In this document: in pieces, positions 37,833 through 47,915 of the stretch
How the letters are laid out: each line of letters begins with the position of its first letter
How positions within the stretch are numbered: position 1 is the first letter of the stretch
Source: Spirillospora sp.
GTDB taxonomy: Bacteria; Actinomycetota; Actinomycetes; Streptosporangiales; Streptosporangiaceae
DNA: 57,396 bases
Assembly (NCBI GenBank): GCA_036564055.1
Contig: DATCLF010000105.1
Span: forward strand, 1-57,396
Direction of reading: 5' to 3'
Translations under genes and position numbers: made by a program
Notes under the pieces: model-generated
What the model was told of the DNA's origin: nothing
Database searches by the model: none
What the model saw: the letters and a program-made list of their open reading frames with translations, nothing else

Positions 37833-39254
37833 ATGGTTCTACCGTCCGTCGCGGACATGGTGGTCCTCGCGGCGTGCGTCGTCGCCACCGGTGCCGCCGC
37901 CGGGGACCGGACGCTGCACGCCGGGCTCTCCCTCCCGGGCCGCGCGTCCGCCGACGCCGCCGAGAAGACGGCGTTCGCGACACTGCACGCGGCCGCGCGC
38001 GCGGCCTCCCCGCTGCGCGCCGGCCTGACCGAGGAGACCGCGCGCAAGGTCGCCCGGCGGCTCAGGCCGCTGCTGGGAGCCGAGGCCGTCGCGCTCGTCG
38101 GCGTCCTTCCGCCGGACGGCGGCGACACCGAAGGAGCCGGCCCCGGCGAAGACGGCCGCCCGGCCGACGGCGAGGCGGCCAACGCCGATCAGGACGGTCA
38201 GGGCGGTGACGGCCCCGGCGGCGCCCGCGACGATGACGCCGCGGGATCGGTCCGGGAGGTGCCGCGGCTGCTGGCCTGGGACGGCGCCGGACACGCCTCC
38301 CACGCCGCCCACGCCGTCGCCCATGCCGCGCCGGTGCTCACGTCCGGGCGCCCCACGGTCGTCGCGCCCGACGCCGTCGGCTGCGACGACCCGCGCTGCC
38401 GCGTCGGCGCGGCCACGGTCGCCCCGCTCACCGTCGAAAGACACGTCGTCGGGGCGCTGGCCGCGTACTGGCGGCTCCCGTCCGCGGCCCGCGTCCGGGC
38501 GGTCGGGGACGCCGCCCGGCTCCTCACCGGCCAGCTCGAGCTGGCCGGGCTCGACACCCTGCGGCTGCGGCTCGCGGAGGCCGAGCTGAAGGCATTGCGC
38601 GCCCAGATATCCCCCCACTTCGTCTACAACTCGCTGACCACGATCGCCTCCTTCGTGCGGACCGACCCCGAACGCGCCCGCGAGCTCCTGCTGGACTTCG
38701 CCGACTTCGCCCGCTACTCCTTCCGCAACCCACGCGACTTCACCACCCTCGCCGACGAGCTGCGCTCCGTCGACCGGTACCTGGGCCTGGAGCGGGCGCG
38801 GTTCGGGGACCGGCTGCAGTGCCGGGTCGAGGTCGCACCCGAGGTGCTGCCGGTCGCGCTGCCGTTCCTCGCGCTGCAGCCCCTCGTCGAGAACGCCGTC
38901 CGCCACGGGATGGCCGGCACGGACCGCGCCTGCCACATCTCGATCACGGCGCGCGACTCGGGGGCCGAAGCGGCCATCAGCATCGAGGACGACGGCGTCG
39001 GCATGGACCCCGAGCGACTCCAGGAGATCCTGTCCGCGCCGGTCGGCAGGCCGGGCCCGACCGGCTGGGGCAGCGTCCCGCCCCGCGCGTGCCACGACGG
39101 CGCCGGCCCCGGCATCGGCCTGGCGAACGTCGACGAACGGATGCGCCAGTTCTACGGAGACGAGTACGGCCTGACCGTGGAGACCGCCCTGGGAGCGGGG
39201 ACGAAGGTCAACCTCCGCGTACCGAAATTCCGTCCGGGGGTGTTTTCGGACTGA
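37833..39254 (+). CDS. LytS/YehU-type histidine kinase
   Basis: LRAQISPHFVYNSL H-box, LQPLVENAVRHG, DDGVG, GIGLANV. Start uncertain (37833 or 37857). Confidence 0.88.
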   Translation: MVLPSVADMVVLAACVVATGAAAGDRTLHAGLSLPGRASADAAEKTAFATLHAAARAASPLRAGLTEETARKVARRLRPLLGAEAVALVGVLPPDGGDTEGAGPGEDGRPADGEAANADQDGQGGDGPGGARDDDAAGSVREVPRLLAWDGAGHASHAAHAVAHAAPVLTSGRPTVVAPDAVGCDDPRCRVGAATVAPLTVERHVVGALAAYWRLPSAARVRAVGDAARLLTGQLELAGLDTLRLRLAEAELKALRAQISPHFVYNSLTTIASFVRTDPERARELLLDFADFARYSFRNPRDFTTLADELRSVDRYLGLERARFGDRLQCRVEVAPEVLPVALPFLALQPLVENAVRHGMAGTDRACHISITARDSGAEAAISIEDDGVGMDPERLQEILSAPVGRPGPTGWGSVPPRACHDGAGPGIGLANVDERMRQFYGDEYGLTVETALGAGTKVNLRVPKFRPGVFSD

Positions 39255-39330
39255 CCGAAGTCGCCGGGCCGCTGTGCTCACTTTTCGGAACCGATTGCGG
39301 ACAGGCGGTAATCGCGGCAAAGTCGCCCTC

Positions 39331-40122
39331 ATGTTGCACGTCCTGGCCGTCGACGATGAACGCCCCGCCCTGGAGGAGCTGACCCACCTGCTCCGCAGGG
39401 ACTCGCGGATCGGCCGGGTCAGCCGCGCGTCCGACGCCTCGTCCGCGCTGCGCGACCTGAGCCGGATGCTCGTCAAGGGGGAACGCCTCGACGCCGTCTT
39501 CCTGGACATCCGGATGCCGGGCCTCGACGGGCTCGACTTCACCCGCCTGCTGACCGGCTTCGCCGCGCCCCCGCCCGTCGTCTTCGTGACCGCCCACGAC
39601 GACTGCGCCGTCACCGCCTACGAACTCGGCGCCCTCGACTACCTGCTCAAACCCGTCCGCCCCGAACGCCTCGCCGAATCGGTCCGCCGGATCGCGGCCG
39701 CCGCCGAACGAGCCGCCCCGCCCGCCGACGACACCCCCGACGCCGACGACGAGATGATCCCCGTCGAACTCGGCGGCCGCACCCGCCTCGTGTCCCGCAA
39801 CTCCGTCACCCACGTCGAAGCGCAGGGCGACTACGTGCGGCTGCACACCGCCGACGGCGGCTACCTCGTCCGCATGCCGCTGTCGGCGCTGACCAAACGC
39901 TGGGAGGCCGCCGGATTCATCCGCATCCACCGCAGCACGCTCGTCGCATCCGCGCACGTCACCGAACTGCGCTTCGACGGCGGCCGCGTCGCCGTCCAGA
40001 TCGGCGACGAACTGCTGCAGGTCAGCCGCCGCCACGCCCGGGAAGTGCGAGACCGGCTCGTCCGCAAGTTCCACCGGCCCGACAGAGACGTCGCCACCGG
40101 CAACGGCCCCGGCCACCGATGA
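39331..40122 (+). CDS. LytTR family response regulator
   Basis: VDDE, FLDIRMP, DYLLKP receiver; EAQGDYVRLH, FIRIHRS, VSRRH LytTR domain. Confidence 0.92.
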   Translation: MLHVLAVDDERPALEELTHLLRRDSRIGRVSRASDASSALRDLSRMLVKGERLDAVFLDIRMPGLDGLDFTRLLTGFAAPPPVVFVTAHDDCAVTAYELGALDYLLKPVRPERLAESVRRIAAAAERAAPPADDTPDADDEMIPVELGGRTRLVSRNSVTHVEAQGDYVRLHTADGGYLVRMPLSALTKRWEAAGFIRIHRSTLVASAHVTELRFDGGRVAVQIGDELLQVSRRHAREVRDRLVRKFHRPDRDVATGNGPGHR

Positions 40123-40150
40123 ACACCCCGGGAGCGACCCGGACAAAGTG

Positions 40151-40240
40151 GACCGTTCCCGCCCACCGCTCGTCCCACGCCACCGACCACTCGCCCCACG
40201 ACCACGCAACGTATGACTCTGATTACTGACCGCTTAACGA
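40151..40240 (+). promoter_or_regulatory. putative LytTR direct-repeat binding sites
   Basis: ACCGCTCGTCCC (40165) and ACCACTCGCCCC (40186) are 21 bp apart; related ACCGTTCCCGCC (40152) and ACCGCTTAAC (40229). Confidence 0.45.
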
Positions 40241-40292
40241 AAGCTGGGTTTCCCAGGGGTCCCAACGCGGCATCAGACCCCTAGTGTTCTCA

Positions 40293-40520
40293 GTGGCACC
40301 ACACGCCACACCGCCACGGAGGGCGGAGCGGCCCGCACGGCACACCCCGGACGCGGCCGCGAACCTCCCACAAGAGCAAACCAGGAGATCCGGCACACGC
40401 CAGTCGACATGCCGGATCAGCGCCGCCGGATCCCGTACCGGGGGGGTGGGATCCCGCGGCCCGCGCTCGGGCGTCGCTGAACAGTCGGGGGGTTGTTCAG
40501 CGACGCCCGAGACTCTTTTT
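40293..40520 (+). ncRNA. candidate small RNA with six hairpins, two G-run loops and terminal U-tract
   Basis: -10 TAGTGT at 40282-40287; back-to-back stems; perfect 18-bp stem 40466-40511 followed by ACTCTTTTT. No convincing CDS. Confidence 0.6.
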
Positions 40521-40574
40521 GATTGCATTGCCCTTGGCGGTCGGGCCTTGACGGCCCTCCCTTCGGCGGGCAAT

Positions 40575-40785
40575 GCGCGCGATCGCTGCATCGCTGCGGC
40601 TCGCCTTGACGGGTCACTCCGCGATCAGGTTCTCGCTTCGCTCGAACCTGCCTTCGGACGCGATCGCAGGCGTTGGGGTCGGTGCGGGGCTGGTGTGGTG
40701 GCCGGTGTGGGTGCGCCGGGTGCGATCGCTTGCTCGCCTGCGGCTCGCCTTGCGATCGGTTCTCGCTCCGCTCGAACCCGGTTTC
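40575..40785. repeat. duplicated REP-like palindromic unit
   Basis: GCGATCGCT...TGCGGCTCGCCTTG...GCGATC(A)GGTTCTCGCT(T/C)CGCTCGAACC occurs twice (about 40578-40650 and 40722-40779). Confidence 0.6.
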
Positions 40786-40796
40786 CGTGGAGTCTT

Positions 40797-41265
40797 GAGT
40801 GAGGTCTTTCACCGGCTGGGTGGACGTCGATCACAGCATGATCGCCTTGGGGACGTTCAACGGGCACACGAAGGAACCCCTGGTAGGAGGGTTGATCACC
40901 ACAACCAGTGCGTCCGAACCAGGGGTTTCGCTTGCTGTTGAGCCGCGCCGTCGATTTGTCGCGTGCAACGCTGCCTGGCCGGAGTGATTCGGCGGCACCG
41001 CACGGCGATCAGGCCGGCCTGCCGGGTGCTCAACCCCGGAAGCAGGCCCTGCCGGTGCCGGACGGAACGCAGATCGTCTGCGACCGGGCACGGGCCGGCC
41101 GTACTACTCGACCAGGTCGACCGCTCCCTTGCCGGGGCCTGGCGAGCACGCGAATGCCCGGCTGAAGTCATGGAACCCACCGCGCAGGCTCCGCTGCGGC
41201 CCCAGCAAGGCCGGCCATCTCGTGAAGGCCATCGCCGCCCCGCGAAACTACCAGGTCACGGGTCG
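40797..41265 (+). pseudogene. internally deleted, frameshifted IS5-family (DDE_Tnp_4-like) transposase relic
   Basis: Fragments in different frames: LLLSRAVDLSRATL, VIRRHRTAIRPACRVLNPG, QALPV, DGTQI..DR, and C-terminal GPGEHANARLKSW...LRCGPSKAGHLVKAIA. Lower GC than flanks. Confidence 0.7.
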
Positions 41266-41476
41266 GTGCCGCGTCGGCTCGTGGGTGCTGTGGTCGCTTC
41301 CTCGAAGGTTCGAGAGATCAACGCTCGCGAACATGTGTGTTGAGGGGCCGGATGACGCGAGTCGGATGCGTGTGCGGCCTGGGGACGCGGTGTTTTCGGT
41401 CCGGCTGGTGCGGACGGTGCAATCTTGTTTTCAAGTGCAGGTGCACAGTGGCCGACCGTCGGCGGGGTGCGGTTGT

Positions 41477-42334
41477 TCAGGTGGCTTGGGCCCTTAGTCG
41501 CTTCAGGGTCTCTATGTCCTTCGCGTGAGGGGCGGGGGCCCGGCCCGGGGTTTCGATCAGGAAGGGGACGCCGGTCGTGGCGGGGTGGGCGAACAGGTCG
41601 GCGAAAGGCTGCTCGCCGATCGTGCCGGCGCCGATGTTCTCGTGGCGGTCCCTGCCGGAGCCGCACGGGTCCTTGGAATCGTTCGCGTGGACGAGCCTGA
41701 GGCGGCCCTCGCCGACCGTGGCGACGAGCGCGTCGAGCGTGTCCTTGACGCCGCCGGGGGCGGTGAGATCGTGGCCCGCGGCGAAGGCGTGGCAGGTGTC
41801 GAAGCAGACGCCGAGCTTAGGGTGGTGGTCGAGGCGCTCGAAGAACGGGCCGAGGTCCTGGACCTTCGCGCAGAGCATGTTCTTCTGGCCGGCCATGGGT
41901 TCGAGGAGCAGGTCGGGACCGTCCTCGGGAATCTCCTCGAGAAGGGGAAGGACATGCTCGCGGACCTGCGCCATCGCCGCGTCGTAGGTCTGCGTGACGG
42001 CCGAGCCCGTGTGAACGACGACACCGCGGGCGCCGAAGGCGCGGCCCCGGACGAGGGAGTGACGCACCGTCGCCACCGACTTGGCCACGGTCTCCTCGTT
42101 CGGGGACCCGAAGTTGACCAGGTACGGGGTGTGCACGTAGACGGGGACGTCGGTGCGGGCGCGCAGCTTCTCGTCCTCGGCGGGGTTGCCCTCGGGCAGC
42201 GCCCAGCCGCGCGGGTTGGAGACGAAGACCTGGATCGCCTCGGCGCCGATCTCCGCGGCGTACTTCAGGCCGCCGGTCGCCAGGCCGCCGGCCACCGGGA
42301 CATGGGCGCCGACGGGGCTGATGGGTGAGGTCAT
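41477..42334 (-). CDS. nfo: endonuclease IV (AP endonuclease 2 family)
   Basis: VGAHV, HTPYLVN, VVHTG, LLLE, FDTCH, HANDS..DRHENIG, IETP. Confidence 0.92.
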   Translation of the reverse strand: MTSPISPVGAHVPVAGGLATGGLKYAAEIGAEAIQVFVSNPRGWALPEGNPAEDEKLRARTDVPVYVHTPYLVNFGSPNEETVAKSVATVRHSLVRGRAFGARGVVVHTGSAVTQTYDAAMAQVREHVLPLLEEIPEDGPDLLLEPMAGQKNMLCAKVQDLGPFFERLDHHPKLGVCFDTCHAFAAGHDLTAPGGVKDTLDALVATVGEGRLRLVHANDSKDPCGSGRDRHENIGAGTIGEQPFADLFAHPATTGVPFLIETPGRAPAPHAKDIETLKRLRAQAT

Positions 42335-42354
42335 GACCGGTTCAGCCTATCCGG

Positions 42355-44271
42355 TCACGGCCCCCGGACGATCGTGACGGTGGAGCCGCGCGGCGCCTCG
42401 CCGTCGCTCGGGGACTGGAAACGGACGATGTTCCCGCCGAAGCCCGTCACGTTGACCCTGAAACCGGACTCCCGCAGCGCCTTCCTGGCGTCCTTCACGG
42501 GGAGGCCCACGACGTTCGGCACCGGGACGTTCTTCTCCTCGCCGTCCTCGCAGCCGAACTGGATGGGACCGGCGTCGACCAGGCAGTCCCGCTTGTTCAC
42601 GACGATCGTGACCTTGTCGCCGCGGGACACGGCGGTGCCCTCGGGCGGGGACTGCTCGACCACCGTGTTCGGTTCCCTGCCGTCGACCTTCTTCTTGCGC
42701 ACCTTGACGTCCAGGCCCATCGAGCGCAGCCGGTTCGCGGCGGCGTCGCCGTTCTCGCCGATCAGGCCGGGCATGGTCATGCCGGTGGAGACGATCAGGG
42801 TGACCGGCTCGTCCGGGGACTGCTTCTGACCGGCCTCCGGGCTGGTGCCGATCACCTTGTCCTTGGCGACGGTCTGCGAGGGCGTCCTGCGCGTCCGCCC
42901 CACCTTGAAACCCTCGTCCTCAAGGGTGCGCTGGGCGTCCGGCACGCTCTTGCCCTTCACGTCCGGCACCTCGCGCGGGGTGAGGCCCTTGGACGGGGTC
43001 AACGTGACCGTCTGCCCCTGCGCGACCCGCGCGCCGGCGGGAGGGTCGGACTTGACGACGTTGCCCTTGCGGATCCGGTCGTCGTAGACGGGGGCGGCCA
43101 GCCGCACGTCGAGACCGGCGCCCTCCAGATGCTCGCGGGCGTCGGAGACCTTCATCCCGATGATCGAGGACGGGACGTGCTCGTACTGCCCCGACGTCTG
43201 GTACCAGATGGCCCAGCCGAGAACGAACGCCGCGACCACGCCGAGGGCGACCAGGACGTAACGGCCGGTCAGCGCCCCGACGGCGCGGTCGGCCCTCGAA
43301 CGCCGCGGCTGCTCGCCGGGCAGGGTGCCGCGGTCCATCACCGCGGTCCGCCCGTCGGCCGGCGGGGCCTCCATCACGCGGGTGGCGCTGCGGGACGCCT
43401 CCTCCACGCGCCGGTCGATGTCGCGGGGCAGGCCGCCGAACACCTCGGCGACCTCGGTGTGGAACTGGTTCGCGTCGACCGGGCGGCGCTGCGGGTCCCG
43501 GTTCGTCGCGTCCATGACCAGGGCGTCCACCTGCGGCGGCAGGCCCGGCACGGCGCTGGACGGCGGCGGGACGGTCTCGTTCACGTGCTTGTAGGCGACG
43601 GCGAGAGGCGTGTCGCCCTTGTGCGGCAGCTCCCCGGTGAGCAGCTCGTACAGCATGACGCCCGCGGCGTACACGTCCGAGCGGACGTCGGCCTTGCCGG
43701 ACAGCACCTGTTCGGGCGCCAGATAACCGACCGTGCCGATGATCACGCCGGTCTTGGTCATCTTGTCCGCGGTCTCGGCCCGGGCGAGGCCGAAGTCGGC
43801 GACTTTGACCCGGCCGTCCTCGGTGATCAGCACGTTCTCGGGCTTGACGTCGCGGTGCACGAGCCCCGCCCGGTGCGCGGCGCCGAGCGCGGCGAGCACC
43901 GGCAGCATGATCTCCAGCGCGGCGCGGGGGCCGAACCGCCCGGCGGCGGTCAGCATGTCGCGCAGCGTCTGACCCGCGACGTACTCCATCACCAGGAAGA
44001 CGTGCTCGCCGTCGGTGCGCTGGTCGTAGACGGCGACCACGTTCGGGTGGGACAACGCCGCCGCGGCCTTGGCCTCGCCGATGAAACGGGTGACGAAGTC
44101 CTGGTCGGAGGCGAGCCCGGCGTGCATCACCTTGATCGCGACGACGCGGTCGAGGCGGGTGTCGCGGGCGAGGTAGACCGTGGCCATCCCGCCGCGGGCG
44201 ATGCGGGACTCAATGCGGTATCGCCCGTCGAGCATCTGCCCGACGAGCGGATCCGCAACCGACGTGTCCAT
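42355..44271 (-). CDS. pknL: Stk1/PknL-type Ser/Thr kinase with PASTA domains
   Basis: IARGGMATVY, VAIK, HRDVKPEN, DFG, APE; TM helix; about four PASTA repeats. Confidence 0.88.
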   Translation of the reverse strand: MDTSVADPLVGQMLDGRYRIESRIARGGMATVYLARDTRLDRVVAIKVMHAGLASDQDFVTRFIGEAKAAAALSHPNVVAVYDQRTDGEHVFLVMEYVAGQTLRDMLTAAGRFGPRAALEIMLPVLAALGAAHRAGLVHRDVKPENVLITEDGRVKVADFGLARAETADKMTKTGVIIGTVGYLAPEQVLSGKADVRSDVYAAGVMLYELLTGELPHKGDTPLAVAYKHVNETVPPPSSAVPGLPPQVDALVMDATNRDPQRRPVDANQFHTEVAEVFGGLPRDIDRRVEEASRSATRVMEAPPADGRTAVMDRGTLPGEQPRRSRADRAVGALTGRYVLVALGVVAAFVLGWAIWYQTSGQYEHVPSSIIGMKVSDAREHLEGAGLDVRLAAPVYDDRIRKGNVVKSDPPAGARVAQGQTVTLTPSKGLTPREVPDVKGKSVPDAQRTLEDEGFKVGRTRRTPSQTVAKDKVIGTSPEAGQKQSPDEPVTLIVSTGMTMPGLIGENGDAAANRLRSMGLDVKVRKKKVDGREPNTVVEQSPPEGTAVSRGDKVTIVVNKRDCLVDAGPIQFGCEDGEEKNVPVPNVVGLPVKDARKALRESGFRVNVTGFGGNIVRFQSPSDGEAPRGSTVTIVRGP

Positions 44272-44307
44272 CGCTGTGAGTTTACGGGCGAATCGCGATG
44301 GATCTCA

Positions 44308-45276
44308 TCAGTCCCGAGTATGAGCATCGGCAAGTGCGGAGCGTGACCGGTCCCGCGTCTCGCCTGGTGACGGCGCCGTGCGGCGGCGCGGACGGCGGGT
44401 GCTGCGGGAGATGGCCACACCGGTCAGGCACAGCAGGCCCCCGCCCAGGGTCACGAGGCCGGGGACCTCGCCGAGCAGCAGCCACGACATCAGCACGACC
44501 AGGGCGGGCGCGGCGTAGGTGGTGGCGCCCATCTTGCCCGCGGACGTGCGCGCCAGCGCGAAGCCCCAGGTCGTGAACGCGATCGCGGTGGGGAAGACGC
44601 CCAGGTAGATCATGTTGAGGGTCGCGCCCGTCGAGGCGTCCGCCGCCTGGGAGACCAGCTGGCCGGAGAACGGAAGGCAGGCGAGTGCCCCGATCGCGCA
44701 GGCGAACGTGGTGAACTGCAACGAGGAGGCATGCCGCAGCGCGGGCTTCTGGCTGACCACCCCCGCCGCGTAGGCGACGGCGGCGAACAGGCACAGGAGC
44801 ACGCCGAGCACCGACGAGCGGCCCTCACCGGACATCGACATCCCGACGACCGCGGCACCGGTGAACGACACGGCCATGCCCGTCAGCAGCCGGGGAGGCA
44901 GCCCCTCCTTCAGCAGCCAGCCGCCGAGCAGTGCGATGAGAATCGGCCCGATGTTGACGACGAGCGCCGCCGTCCCCGCGTCCACGAGCTGCTCGCCCCA
45001 GTTGAGGGCGACCATGTAGGCGCCGAACCACAACAGCCCCGCGGTGATGATGCCGGGCCAGGCGCCCCTCGGCGGAAGCCCTTCGCGCCGGACGAGCCAC
45101 AGGGCGCCGAGCACGACCGTCCCCGACAGGAGACGGCCGAGAGCGAGGGCACCGGGACTGTACTCGGCCCCCGCACTGCGGATGGACACGAACGCCGACG
45201 CCCAGAACACCACCGTGATCGTGGCGGCGGCGACGGCCGGTTTGTCGACGCCCGCCGACCTTCTTTCCTGCTGCAT
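44308..45276 (-). CDS. EamA/DMT family transporter
   Basis: FWASAFVSIR, GVFPTAIAFTTW; ten TM helices. Confidence 0.88.
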   Translation of the reverse strand: MQQERRSAGVDKPAVAAATITVVFWASAFVSIRSAGAEYSPGALALGRLLSGTVVLGALWLVRREGLPPRGAWPGIITAGLLWFGAYMVALNWGEQLVDAGTAALVVNIGPILIALLGGWLLKEGLPPRLLTGMAVSFTGAAVVGMSMSGEGRSSVLGVLLCLFAAVAYAAGVVSQKPALRHASSLQFTTFACAIGALACLPFSGQLVSQAADASTGATLNMIYLGVFPTAIAFTTWGFALARTSAGKMGATTYAAPALVVLMSWLLLGEVPGLVTLGGGLLCLTGVAISRSTRRPRRRTAPSPGETRDRSRSALADAHTRD

Positions 45277-45421
45277 GTCGCGCACCTTAGGTAGGGATCG
45301 TTTCCACGAGCACCGAAGGGACCGGCCGGTCCGGGACCCCCGGTGGCGTGGACGGATCCAGTCTCAAGGCGCCGATGTTTCAGGTCCAGCGAAATTTCCT
45401 GTAGGGAAATCTTTAGCGATG

Positions 45422-46373
<952 letters not shown>

Positions 46374-46382
<9 letters not shown>

Positions 46383-46574
46383 CTGCACAGCGGTGAGAAC
46401 CTCCAGCCTGTCCGACTCGCTCAGGGGCGTCGTCTCCCAGGCGGAGCGGCGGACCACCTCGTTGTTCAGAGCGGCGGCGACGCCCGTCGCGGCCGTCGTG
46501 ACGGACGCGACCAGGTCCGCCACGGTCGCGTTCTCGGGCACGTCGCGCGGCTCGCCGTTGACGAACACCTTCAT
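46374..46574 (-). CDS. thiS: sulfur carrier protein ThiS
   Basis: 66 aa, MKVFVNGE...LEVLTAVQGG with C-terminal GG; overlaps thiO stop. Confidence 0.93.
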
Positions 46575-47701
46575 CGGAAGTGCACCTCGGCGGAGAAACG
46601 GTCGGGGGTGAAAGGTCCGGCGATGTCGGGCACCGGACCGTCCAGCAGCATCGCGGACAGGATGTCTGCGCTGATCGGGGCGAGCAGGATGCCGTTGCGG
46701 AAGTGCCCCGTGCCGATGACGAGGCCGGGAAGCGCCGACGGGCCCATCACCGGGGCGTTGTCGGGGGAACCCGGACGCAGGCCGGCCGAGACCTCGGCGA
46801 ACTCCAGCTCGGTGACGCCGGGCAGCAGCTCGCGGGCGTCCCGCAGCAGCTCCCACAGCCCGCCCGCGGTGACGCGGGTGTCGAAACCGAGCTCCTCCTG
46901 GGTCGCGCCGAGGACGACCTCGCCGTCCTCGCGCGGCACCAGGTAGACCTGCGACCCCTTCACCAGGCCGCGCGTCGCCCGCGTCAGGAACGGCACGCGG
47001 GTGCGGAGCCGGATCACCTGGCCCTTCACCGGGCGGACGGGCGGGACCGTCCCCGGCGGCAGCCCCTCCAGATCGCCCGACCACGAGCCCGCCGCGAGCA
47101 GCACCCGGTCGGCGCGGACCACGGTCCCGTCGTCGAGCCGCGCGCCCACCGCCGCGTCGTTCTCGACGGCGACGCCCGCGGCCCGGCGGCGCACGAGCCG
47201 CGCCCCCGCCTTCTCGGCCGCGACCTGCAGCGCCGCGGTCAGGCGCCGCGGGTCGATCGAGCCGTCCTCGGGGGCCAGCAGCCCGCCGCGGACGCCCGGC
47301 GCGAGCATCGGCTCCAGCCTGCGGCACTCCCGCCCGCTCAGCGTCTCCGGGGCGAGGCCGAGGCTCTCCTGGAAGCGGCGCAGGTCGTCGAGGTACTTCA
47401 GGTCGTCGGAGTCGAAGGCCACCTGGAGCAGGCCGTCGGTGCGGTAGCCGGTGGAAAGGCCGGTCTGCTCCTCCAGCTCCGCGGCGAACTCCCGGTAACG
47501 GTCCCGGGAGGCGAGGCCGAGCCGCAGCAGCGGCTCCTCGCCGTAGGTCACCTCGCTGACCGGGGTGAGCATGCCCGCCGCCACCGACGACGCGCCGCCG
47601 CCCGGGTCGGGGTCCACCAGGGTGACGGCCGCGCCGGCCGCCGTGGCCCGCCACGCGGTGGCGAGGCCGACGACCCCGGCCCCGATGATCACGATCTCCA
47701 C
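46571..47701 (-). CDS. thiO: glycine oxidase ThiO
   Basis: IIGAGVVG FAD motif, AAGML, PVKGQ, GLRP, GHFRNGILLAP. Confidence 0.93.
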   Translation of the reverse strand: MEIVIIGAGVVGLATAWRATAAGAAVTLVDPDPGGGASSVAAGMLTPVSEVTYGEEPLLRLGLASRDRYREFAAELEEQTGLSTGYRTDGLLQVAFDSDDLKYLDDLRRFQESLGLAPETLSGRECRRLEPMLAPGVRGGLLAPEDGSIDPRRLTAALQVAAEKAGARLVRRRAAGVAVENDAAVGARLDDGTVVRADRVLLAAGSWSGDLEGLPPGTVPPVRPVKGQVIRLRTRVPFLTRATRGLVKGSQVYLVPREDGEVVLGATQEELGFDTRVTAGGLWELLRDARELLPGVTELEFAEVSAGLRPGSPDNAPVMGPSALPGLVIGTGHFRNGILLAPISADILSAMLLDGPVPDIAGPFTPDRFSAEVHFR

Positions 47702-47704
47702 TGG

Positions 47705-47797
47705 ACGCTCCCTTCGCCGGCATGATCCGGATCAGGTTCTGGCGGTCGGCGGCCCGTTCAGCCGCCCTCTCAGCCCGGTCGTACCGGACTCCCGCGC
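47705..47797 (-). promoter_or_regulatory. TPP riboswitch
   Basis: Minus strand GCGCGGGAG...GCTGAGAGG...GAACCTGATCCGGATCATGCCGGCGAAGGGAGCG, directly upstream of thiO. Confidence 0.95.
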
Positions 47798-47915
47798 TCT
47801 TTGCCGTTTTTACCCGCCTTTCCCACTCTACGACCCCGGCAAAGTGCGCAGATGTTCGGACACGGGTCCCCCGTCGGCGCCCTGCCGGCGCGCGGTGCTT
47901 GGCTAGGGTGACCGC

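Noticed and set aside
40293-40520. Ms1 RNA or CsrB-like identity
   Set aside because: Not the usual Ms1 context and no recognisable Ms1 motifs; only one clear loop ANGGA, too few for a CsrB-type sponge.
40223-41700. Several 60-170 aa ORFs in the LytTR-nfo gap
   Set aside because: No RBS or motif support and atypical codon use; better explained by structured RNA, repeats and the IS relic.
45394-45410. Palindrome ATTTCCTGTAGGGAAAT upstream of the DMT gene
   Set aside because: Plausible operator, but no cognate regulator nearby and no second copy; insufficient evidence.
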